Positions 38,783 to 46,222 of a stretch of 64,000 bases of DNA are shown in pieces (the first letter of the stretch is position 1; every line of letters begins with the position of its first letter). Position numbers and translations under genes: made by a program. The notes under the pieces were generated by a model. It was given only the letters and a program-made list of their open reading frames with translations. It made no database searches and had not been told where the DNA came from. Location: assembly GCA_045654185.1 (NCBI GenBank), contig JAZOMY010000022.1:4891-68890 (forward strand), in the 5' to 3' direction. Source of the stretch: Ruminococcus sp. (GTDB lineage Bacteria > Bacillota > Clostridia > Oscillospirales > Acutalibacteraceae).

Positions 38783-38950
38783 CGATATATCGTATGTGCG
38801 ATATGATATACGGCTGTCGCCGCATGATATACTTGCTTCGCAAGCATGATATAATATCCGTTCCTTCATATGCCGAAGGCATATATCATCCACCGAGGGT
38901 GGATATCATATCGAAGATATATCACCCGTTCCGACAGGAACGGATATCAT
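38782..38950. other. Multi-hairpin structured element (ncRNA or ssDNA), strand unknown
   Basis: Seven short hairpins/palindromes linked by recurring ATGATATA and ATATCA motifs, plus an 11-bp long-range pair (38854-38864 with 38937-38947). Confidence 0.7.
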
Positions 38951-38995
38951 TGAAAAAAGTCTCTTTTGTCCGGTAGACAAAAGAGACTTTTTTCA
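38951..38995. terminator. Bidirectional terminator abutting the tRNA CCA end
   Basis: Perfect 20-bp inverted repeat TGAAAAAAGTCTCTTTTGTC/GACAAAAGAGACTTTTTTCA. Confidence 0.85.
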
Positions 38996-39071
38996 TGGAG
39001 CTGGTGACGTGACTTGAACACGCGACCTGCTGATTACGAATCAGCTGCTCTACCGACTGAGCTACACCAGC
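38996..39071 (-). tRNA. tRNA-Thr(CGT)
   Basis: 76 nt, GCTGGTG acceptor stem, anticodon arm GCTGA-TTCGTAA-TCAGC, GTTCAA T-loop, encoded CCA. Confidence 0.97.
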
Positions 39072-39210
39072 GAATATTTTGCTGCGGGCTGCAAACACAG
39101 TCTCCTGAAAATCAATGTTTCAAAACAGGGAATAACTCAAAAACTCTCGGGAAATACTGCACTTGTCCAACCAAAAAACACGTCTGCTTACTATAAATCA
39201 ACTTTGGGTA

Positions 39211-39239
39211 ATTATATATCAGAATCGCGTATTTTTCAA
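39211..39239 (-). promoter_or_regulatory. Probable tRNA-Thr promoter TTGAAA-17-TATAAT (implies a ~135-nt leader)
   Basis: Read directly from the sequence. Confidence 0.6.
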
Positions 39240-39369
39240 GAGTCGCGACGATTTTTTGCTATGAATGTGCAAAATTTGTCATATTTCGTGAAACGTTTTC
39301 ACAAAATCAACAACTGTGCCCATTTTCGTTTAATAATATAATTATCAAATTATGTTCGGGGTGGAAAAT

Positions 39370-39777
39370 ATGTCAAAAGAACTGGGCAGAAAACTGGCTA
39401 TGCTGAGAAACAACAGCGAGCTGACACAAAAACACATTGCCGATGCTCTGCATCTGGACAGGTCTACCTATGCCTACTACGAGCGCGGAACAACAGAGCC
39501 CGACCTGAAGGCATTGGTAAAAATCGCTCGTATCCTCAATGTTGACCCCACAGAGCTTCTTCCCTCCAAGGACGGAGAAGATGCGGATGTTGCCGACGTT
39601 TCCGCCGAAAGCAGCAAGCCCCGAAGGAGAGGTAAATCCGATCCGCGTTCAAAGAACTCAAAAATTTACTCCCTCAGCAGAGAGGAAAAGAAACTTCTCT
39701 CCCTGTACAGATCCCTGGATGATGCCAAGCGCCGCGAGGTTGTGGATTTCACAGACGGACTCACCCACAAAACCTGA
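39370..39777 (+). CDS. XRE-family HTH transcriptional regulator
   Basis: LAMLRNNSELTQKHIADALHLDRSTYAYYERGTTEP HTH pattern. Confidence 0.88.
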   Translation: MSKELGRKLAMLRNNSELTQKHIADALHLDRSTYAYYERGTTEPDLKALVKIARILNVDPTELLPSKDGEDADVADVSAESSKPRRRGKSDPRSKNSKIYSLSREEKKLLSLYRSLDDAKRREVVDFTDGLTHKT

Positions 39778-39786
39778 TAAACTTTC

Positions 39787-39820
39787 AAAAGCACCCTGCA
39801 TAAGAGGGTGCTTTCTTTTT
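39787..39820. terminator. Bidirectional terminator
   Basis: AAAGCACCCT/AGGGTGCTTT inverted repeat. Confidence 0.75.
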
Positions 39821-39883
39821 GCACAAACAAAGCTTTCATCGGGACAAATATCAACGCCGCCACTCCGACCGAAGTGCTGCCGC

Positions 39884-40690
39884 TTATATTCCAAAAAGTC
39901 TCTCGGCGTTTTTGTGCATAATCTTCTCGTAGGTTTCAGCAGACACCGACTCTCTGAACTCCCCGAAATATTCCTGATAGAGGCTTCTCTCGCCAAAGCC
40001 GTTTTCCTTGTAGGTGTCCTTGCCGTCAATGGGATTATCCGAGCCGAAAAGCAGTCTGTCATCGCCGCATTTTCTGATAAATTCAAGTGCCGAGGCGGTG
40101 CTGACCCAGGTTGTGTCGCCGTAGAGGTTTGTGCATTCACTGCAAAGTTCAATCGCCTCTTTGTTGTCTGTGCCCAGCCCCAGATGCACCATTACAAAGT
40201 TTACCGTGGGGAATTCCTTTGCCATCTCATAAACCCGACGGGGAGAGTCATCCTCGCAGTTTCCTGTATGGGTAAGCACCGCAAGGGAATATTTCTCCGC
40301 AAGACGGATGTATTCACGGCATTCGGGTGAGGCAAAACTCACCCCCGAATGATAGGGATGGAATTTTATGGCTTTGACTATATCGGGATTTTCCGCAATG
40401 AGCCTTTCGAGCTCCGCGGACACCTGCTCCACCGAAGGTTTTACCCAGGCGGCAACATATATTCTTTGTGGATTTTCCTTGGCAAACTCTATACATCTTT
40501 CAAGGCACTCTGCCGCAGAAATCTGATATTTCTCGGGCAGGAGCACCCTGTCGTGGTCGTGGGATGCCGCCTCGCTGTTGGAGATAATCACCTTATCGAT
40601 ACCGTATTCCTTCATAGAATAGAGCACCTGTTCCTCCGTCATATTAAAATTCAGCGATGTGCCGATATGCACATGGGTATCAATAATCAT
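39884..40690 (-). CDS. Amidohydrolase-family (TIM-barrel metal-dependent) hydrolase
   Basis: IIDTHVH, KFHP, LTHTG, VMVHLG and LLFGSDNP motifs. Start at ATG 40690 behind GGAGG. Confidence 0.82.
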   Translation of the reverse strand: MIIDTHVHIGTSLNFNMTEEQVLYSMKEYGIDKVIISNSEAASHDHDRVLLPEKYQISAAECLERCIEFAKENPQRIYVAAWVKPSVEQVSAELERLIAENPDIVKAIKFHPYHSGVSFASPECREYIRLAEKYSLAVLTHTGNCEDDSPRRVYEMAKEFPTVNFVMVHLGLGTDNKEAIELCSECTNLYGDTTWVSTASALEFIRKCGDDRLLFGSDNPIDGKDTYKENGFGERSLYQEYFGEFRESVSAETYEKIMHKNAERLFGI

Positions 40691-40754
40691 AGCAAATCCT
40701 CCTGAAATCCGAATTTTCTGAATCCTATTCTGAATCCTATAATAAAAGTATAGC

Positions 40755-40802
40755 AAAACACCCGACCTGTGGCAACCGAAAATTGTCTGGTCGGGTGTTT
40801 TT
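40755..40802 (-). terminator. ABC operon terminator
   Basis: AAAACACCCGACC/GGTCGGGTGTTTT inverted repeat. Confidence 0.7.
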
Positions 40803-40818
40803 ATGAGGATAAAATTAA

Positions 40819-42231
40819 CTAAATATCAACAATACGGGTTGCGTATTTCTGAAGCTCCTCATCATTATGAGTTACCAGAAGTACCGCTTTGTCGGCGCTT
40901 TCTCTGAAAACATTTTGTGACACATTCTGCAAAAGCTCCTTGTCAAGACCCGTAAAGGGCTCATCCAGAAACAGGGTTTCGCCCTTTCCTGCAAGCGCTC
41001 TTGCAATGGCAAGTCGGCGCTTCATACCCCCCGACAGTTCCGAGGGATACTTGTCCTCCTCGCCCTGAAGGGATACAAGAGACAAAAGATACTCTGTGTC
41101 TGCACTTCGGTTTACGTAGAGGATGTTTTCCTTGGCCGTGAGCCAGGGGAGAAGTCGGTTTTCCTGATAGAGGTAATTTATTCCGCCTGTGCACTCAACG
41201 GTGCCGCTGTCGGCACTTGTAAGTCCAGAGAGAATGCGCAGCAGGGTGGTTTTTCCTGCACCCGAAACACCCCGAAGTCCTGTGACAGAGGCTTTTCCGA
41301 GGCTTAAGGAAACACCTTTCAGCACCGCTTTTTCTCCGAAAGTTTTGGATATATCTTCCGCGCGGAGAGTAACTTCGTCTGTGACCTCTGTATTAACGGA
41401 GGTTTTCTGTGACTTTTCTTTCAAGCGGATTCGCAGTGTGGATTTTTTCAGAAAATGCACCACCGCAAACTCAAAGATAAGGCTGAGGATTACCACCACC
41501 GCAGTCCAGGCAAATTTGCCCTCGCTGTCAAGATAAACCTTGGCGTCGTTGAGCTGTTGTCCCACGGAATTCTGTGTGGTACCCAGAATTTCTGCGGCTA
41601 TGCCCGACTTCCAGGCAAGTCCCAGTGCCGCTGAGACTCCCGTTATAAAATAGGGATATACCGAGGGGATATAGACATAGAGAAGGCGGGAGACCGGACC
41701 GACACCGTAGGTACGGGACATCTCCAGAAGTTTCTTGTCGGTTTCCTTTATACCCTCATAGGTGTTTCCCCAGATTATGGGGAATACCATAAGTCCCACG
41801 ATAACAAGGGGCACCTGCATATTAGTGACCCACATTATGATTATCAGCGTCAGGGAAGCAACGGGGGTTGCCCTTGCAATGCTTATGGCAGGTTTAAGGA
41901 GTGCATAGAGTACTTTCGACATACTTGTGGCTATTGCAAGCACTACTCCCAATACCACACCGATAACGTAGCCTGAAAAAATGCGTATCACCGAAGATGC
42001 CGTAATTCCCCAGAATTCTGCGGTTTTCAGAAGTTCTCCCAGTCGGATGGCGGTATTCAGGGGAGAGGGAATTACTATGTCCTTTCCCACAAGCATATAT
42101 ACTACCTGCCACACACCTATCCAGAAAGCCGTCACAGCCACTGCGACAAGAACTTTCTTCAGGATGTTTACGAAGGCGGCAGATGCTTTTTTATTGTTGC
42201 AGGTTGCTTTTTGGTCAGCCTGTGTATGCAT
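40819..42231 (-). CDS. NitT/TauT-type ABC transporter, fused permease + ATPase (start uncertain)
   Basis: N-half IPSP, RATPVAS, LAWKSGIAAE; C-half GVSGAGKTT, LSGGMKRR, FLDEPF. Confidence 0.85.
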   Translation of the reverse strand: MHTQADQKATCNNKKASAAFVNILKKVLVAVAVTAFWIGVWQVVYMLVGKDIVIPSPLNTAIRLGELLKTAEFWGITASSVIRIFSGYVIGVVLGVVLAIATSMSKVLYALLKPAISIARATPVASLTLIIIMWVTNMQVPLVIVGLMVFPIIWGNTYEGIKETDKKLLEMSRTYGVGPVSRLLYVYIPSVYPYFITGVSAALGLAWKSGIAAEILGTTQNSVGQQLNDAKVYLDSEGKFAWTAVVVILSLIFEFAVVHFLKKSTLRIRLKEKSQKTSVNTEVTDEVTLRAEDISKTFGEKAVLKGVSLSLGKASVTGLRGVSGAGKTTLLRILSGLTSADSGTVECTGGINYLYQENRLLPWLTAKENILYVNRSADTEYLLSLVSLQGEEDKYPSELSGGMKRRLAIARALAGKGETLFLDEPFTGLDKELLQNVSQNVFRESADKAVLLVTHNDEELQKYATRIVDI

Positions 42232-43246
42232 AGTAGAAATCATCTGCCGGAAGCTTACCGCCTACGGATTTGGAATTTGCATCAAAGAGCACCTGAAGGT
42301 TTTCCTGTGTGAGGCTCTTCATATCATCCCCTGCGATAAAGGTGATGTAGCTCTGGGGAATTGCTTTCTTTGCAACGGGAGCCTTGGGGATGATGCCTGC
42401 GGCAACTATCATCTGGGCTGCCTCGTCTGTGGCGGTGTTGATGAATTCAACGGACTCTGCGTAATTTCTGAGGAAATTGTCAACCTCTGCGGGGTACTTT
42501 GCAACAAAATCTGCTCTGCCGATTACACAACCCTGAACAAGCTGTTTGCCGTAGAGATTCTGCCACTCCTTTGTAAGGTCAAGAGCTACCTTTACATTCG
42601 GGCTCTGAAGGCTTACGGAAGTAACGTTGGGCTCGGGAAGGAGACCTATCTGTGCCTGACCGGATACTACCAGAGAAGCAACGTCTGCGTGCTCGGACTT
42701 ATACTCAACAAAAACATCCTTGCCGATTTCCATACCGCTGTCGGTGAGGAGCTTTGTGAGGATATACTCGGGAGTAGCGCCCTGACCTGCGGAGACAATG
42801 GTCTTGCCGCGAAGGTCCTCGATGGAATTGACCTCAACTCCGTTGGTAACGAGATAGGTAACACCCAGAGTGTTGAGAGCAAGGATTCTGACTCCGCCTG
42901 AAGTCTTGTTGTAGAGTACGGATGCCAGATTAACAGGACAGGCGGCGATATCTGCATCACCGTTGATAATAGCGGCGGTAATCTCATCGGGAGCGCCTGC
43001 TACGGTAAAGCTGAAGTCACCCTTATCTTTGTCTTCGTCAATAAGCTGTGCCATACCCATACCTGTGGGTCCCTTCAGGGTATAGACGCTGACACTCTCA
43101 CCCTCGGGAAGAGTTGCCTCCACAGTCTCGGTGGCGGGGGCTGTGCCTTCGGTGGAAGCGGTGTCTACCTGACTGCTGCAAGCGCCCAAAGAAAGCACCA
43201 TAAGAGAAGCCATAATAACGGCTAAAATTGCATTGATTTTTTTCAT
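42215..43246 (-). CDS. NitT/TauT-type ABC transporter substrate-binding lipoprotein
   Basis: Lipobox LGAC, LKGPTGMG, GQGATPEY and LPEP motifs. Start at ATG 43246. Confidence 0.85.
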   Translation of the reverse strand: MKKINAILAVIMASLMVLSLGACSSQVDTASTEGTAPATETVEATLPEGESVSVYTLKGPTGMGMAQLIDEDKDKGDFSFTVAGAPDEITAAIINGDADIAACPVNLASVLYNKTSGGVRILALNTLGVTYLVTNGVEVNSIEDLRGKTIVSAGQGATPEYILTKLLTDSGMEIGKDVFVEYKSEHADVASLVVSGQAQIGLLPEPNVTSVSLQSPNVKVALDLTKEWQNLYGKQLVQGCVIGRADFVAKYPAEVDNFLRNYAESVEFINTATDEAAQMIVAAGIIPKAPVAKKAIPQSYITFIAGDDMKSLTQENLQVLFDANSKSVGGKLPADDFYYAYTG

Positions 43247-43300
43247 TATAAAAACCTCCTGTTGATTTTTCATATATATTATAGTATATTGTTCACAGAG

Positions 43301-43324
43301 ATTTCGTTGCCATAGCAACGAAAT
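43301..43324. promoter_or_regulatory. Crp/Fnr-type operator palindrome ATTTCGTTGC-CATA-GCAACGAAAT
   Basis: Perfect 10-bp arms, centred about -41.5 relative to the TATAAT (43283-43278) of the ABC operon. Confidence 0.75.
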
Positions 43325-43345
43325 ACAGGATTAAGGGGTGCAGAT

Positions 43346-44029
43346 ATGGAACTTTATTACGAAATTCTCCGAAAAAGTGTTGCTTTCAATAATTTTACCG
43401 ACGAGGAGCTTGCCTCGGTGCTTACCTCTCTGGGAAGCAGTGCGGTCTCCTTCAGACGTGGAGAGGTTATCCTCAACCAGGGAGACAGAGTTACCCACTG
43501 CGGCGTTATCCTGCAGGGAAGCCTCACCGCAGAGAGCGTATCCTTTGGAGGAAACCGTCGGGTCATCTCGGTACTTTCCGCATCCCAGCTTTTCGGGGAT
43601 ATTCTTATGTCCACCGAAAAGCATTTAAGCCCTGTCAACGTAATCACCCGCGAGGATACGGTTGTGCTTTTTCTGAGTGTTCAGGACCTGTATGCAAACA
43701 GCGCAAATCCTCTGTGCGTACGGGTGCTGCTTAATCTTCTGAGCACCGTTTCCGAGAAATTCTGGGAGCTTAACCGCAAAATCGCCTATCTTTCCTCCAA
43801 CTCCCTGCGCCAGCGGGTGGCAATGTTTCTGCTGGACACTCACAAGCAGAAGGAGACCCTTACTTTCAACATTGATTATTCCAGAGAGGAGATGGCATCC
43901 CTGCTCTCTGTCAACCGAAGCGCCCTCTCCCGTGAGTTGTCCAGAATGGAAAAGGAGGGGCTGATAAGCTACTACCGGAGTTCTTTCAAAATTCTCGACC
44001 CCCACAAGCTCAAAATGTGCCTGCTCTGA
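43346..44029 (+). CDS. Crp/Fnr-family transcriptional regulator
   Basis: cNMP-like domain (GEVILNQGD..CGVILQG, LFGD) and HTH SREEMASLLSVNRSALSRELS. Confidence 0.9.
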   Translation: MELYYEILRKSVAFNNFTDEELASVLTSLGSSAVSFRRGEVILNQGDRVTHCGVILQGSLTAESVSFGGNRRVISVLSASQLFGDILMSTEKHLSPVNVITREDTVVLFLSVQDLYANSANPLCVRVLLNLLSTVSEKFWELNRKIAYLSSNSLRQRVAMFLLDTHKQKETLTFNIDYSREEMASLLSVNRSALSRELSRMEKEGLISYYRSSFKILDPHKLKMCLL

Positions 44030-44164
44030 CAGGAATTACCAACAAAAACAGGGTAATTATCTCGATTTCAACTGACTTTATTGCCGTTTTATATAATTTT
44101 TCTTTATCTCATTGCCGAGGGTTATGGTTTTCGGTAAAAATTTTGACCATAGCTTTCCCGTCTA

Positions 44165-44193
44165 TTGACATTCACAGGGCAAAAATATATAAT
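44165..44193 (+). promoter_or_regulatory. Perfect-consensus promoter TTGACA-17-TATAAT for the GH13 gene
   Basis: Read directly from the sequence. Confidence 0.85.
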
Positions 44194-44256
44194 AAAATGT
44201 ACGTATTTTTTTATACGCTTTTCTTTATTATGCGTAAAATTTCCGGAGGTTTAACT

Positions 44257-46152
44257 ATGTTTCCCCCTTTTGACTCGCGTAACAGCTTTTATCGTTCTCC
44301 TTTCGGCGCAGTTGAGGAAGGCACACCTATCCACATGAGGATTCTCCTGCCCCACGACCTGCGTTGCAGTAACGCTGAACTTGCTGTGAAATATGACTAT
44401 GATTATGACTGGGTTTTCGTCAATATGTACTGGCGCGGACCCTTCGAAAACGGCACCGATATCTGGGAGTGCGACTTCACTCCTGACAGAATCGGCCTTT
44501 ACTGGTACAGTTTCCGCATCCAGACCGCAGAGGGTCCCCGATTCATCGTGCCCTCCGACGTGGACAGAAAGAGCTCCATCGAGCGCTCCCCCGGCAGAAG
44601 CTGGCAGATTACTGCCTACAAAAAGGGTTTCAAGACTCCCGACTGGCCTGTTGGCGGCGTAATGTATCAGATTTTCCCCGACCGCTTCAACTTCAGCGGC
44701 GAGGAGAAGAAAATCACCCGTACCGACCTGGAAATCCAGAATGACTGGTATGCAATGCCCCGTTGGCAGCCCAACCACCATGGTGAGATTACCAACACCG
44801 ACTTCTTCAAGGGAGACCTTAAGGGCATTACCCAGAAGCTTCCTTATCTCAAGGAACTGGGTGTAAACTGCATCTACCTGAATCCTATCTTCGAGGCATA
44901 TTCCAACCACCGCTACGACACAGGCGACTACCTGAAAGTTGACCCGATGCTGGGTACCGACGAAGACTTCCGTGAACTTTGCAAAGAGGCAAAGAAACTT
45001 GACATCCACGTTATCAACGACGGTGTTTTCTCTCACACAGGCTCCGACAGTATCTACTTTAACCGCAGCGGCAAATACGGCGAGGGCGGTGCTTTCCGCG
45101 ATAAGAACTCTCCCTATGCAAGCTGGTATTACTTCCACCAGTGGCCTCACAGCTACAACTCCTGGTGGGGATTCTATACTCTTCCCGAGGTTAACGAAAC
45201 CGACGAAAACTACAACGAATTCATCAACGGCAAAGACGGAGTTGTGCGTCAGAGAATGCGTGACGGCAACAGCGGTTGGCGTCTGGACGTTGCCGATGAA
45301 CTCCCTGACCTCTTCCTTGAAAGACTGAGAAAAGCAGTCAAAGATGAAGACGAAGACGGACTCATTATCGGTGAAGTCTGGGAGGATGCATCCAACAAAG
45401 AGAGCTACGGCGCAAGACGTCGTTTCCTTCTGGGCGAACAGCTTGACTCCGTTATGAACTATGTTTTCCGCGGCGCTATCCTTGATTATGTCAGAGGTGC
45501 CGACAGTAAATATGTTATGGACTCCATTATGAACGTCTGCGAGAACTATCCCGCACCTGTGCTGAGAGTCCTGATGAACTCCCTCTCAACTCACGATACA
45601 GAGCGTGCTCTCACAGTTATGGCAGGCGAGCCTTTAAATGGCAGAGACCGCGCATGGCAGGCTCACCAGAAGCTTACCCCCGAACAGAGAAACCGCGGTA
45701 TCAAGCTGATGAAGCTTGCAAGCGGCATCCAGTTCACACTTCCCGGCTTCCCCTGTATCTATTACGGCGACGAAGCAGGTATGGAGGGTTACAGAGACCC
45801 CTTCAACCGCGCTTGCTATCCCTGGGGCAGAGAGAACACAGAGCTTATCGAGTGGCACAAGGAACTGGGCGAAATGAGAAAGAGCATCAGCGCCCTCTGG
45901 GACGGAAACCTTATTAATGTTTATTCTCAGGGCAGACTCCTCTCTTATATGAGAACAGCTGCCGATTCCTCTCTCTTCTGTGCTTTCAACTCCGGATTTA
46001 CAGATATGGTTATTGATATTCCCCCGGGATTCCTCTATAAGGGCGAACCCCTTATGGGCACAAGAATTCAGGACGGAAAAGTAGTTGTTCCCTCTCTGGG
46101 CACCGCTTTCATCGTCAAGAAAAGCGATAATCCCGACACCGCCAATTACTGA
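44257..46152 (+). CDS. Cytoplasmic GH13 alpha-glucan hydrolase (neopullulanase/amylopullulanase-like)
   Basis: MYQIFPDRF, YLNPIFEA, WRLDVADEL, IGEVWED, STHDTER and YYGDEAG motifs; no signal peptide. Start at ATG 44257. Confidence 0.9.
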   Translation: MFPPFDSRNSFYRSPFGAVEEGTPIHMRILLPHDLRCSNAELAVKYDYDYDWVFVNMYWRGPFENGTDIWECDFTPDRIGLYWYSFRIQTAEGPRFIVPSDVDRKSSIERSPGRSWQITAYKKGFKTPDWPVGGVMYQIFPDRFNFSGEEKKITRTDLEIQNDWYAMPRWQPNHHGEITNTDFFKGDLKGITQKLPYLKELGVNCIYLNPIFEAYSNHRYDTGDYLKVDPMLGTDEDFRELCKEAKKLDIHVINDGVFSHTGSDSIYFNRSGKYGEGGAFRDKNSPYASWYYFHQWPHSYNSWWGFYTLPEVNETDENYNEFINGKDGVVRQRMRDGNSGWRLDVADELPDLFLERLRKAVKDEDEDGLIIGEVWEDASNKESYGARRRFLLGEQLDSVMNYVFRGAILDYVRGADSKYVMDSIMNVCENYPAPVLRVLMNSLSTHDTERALTVMAGEPLNGRDRAWQAHQKLTPEQRNRGIKLMKLASGIQFTLPGFPCIYYGDEAGMEGYRDPFNRACYPWGRENTELIEWHKELGEMRKSISALWDGNLINVYSQGRLLSYMRTAADSSLFCAFNSGFTDMVIDIPPGFLYKGEPLMGTRIQDGKVVVPSLGTAFIVKKSDNPDTANY

Positions 46153-46165
46153 TAATATCTGAATA

Positions 46166-46201
46166 AAAAGCCTTTGGTATCCATTGATACCAAAGGCTTT
46201 T
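46166..46201. terminator. Bidirectional terminator
   Basis: 16-bp inverted repeat AAAAGCCTTTGGTATC/GATACCAAAGGCTTTT. Confidence 0.85.
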
Positions 46202-46222
46202 CTTATATCTTTATATTATTAA

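Noticed and set aside
38378-38995. Diversity-generating retroelement (four-helix protein as Avd, hairpins as DGR cis elements)
   Set aside because: No reverse transcriptase and no TR/VR pair with adenine-specific mismatches in the window.
39285-39302. parS-like or cre-like palindrome GTGAAACGTTTTCAC upstream of the XRE gene
   Set aside because: Only half matches parS (TGTTTCACGTGAAACA) and it is one base short of the cre consensus. It could be the XRE operator, but nothing here supports that.
6478-40735. CodY-box-like TTTTCNGAAAA stretches before yfhO, hisS, metF and the amidohydrolase
   Set aside because: Three or four mismatches each in AT-rich intergenic DNA; indistinguishable from chance without statistics.
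40705-40740. Short tandem AGGATTCAGA repeats upstream of the amidohydrolase
   Set aside because: Two copies plus a degenerate third; too short to support a function.
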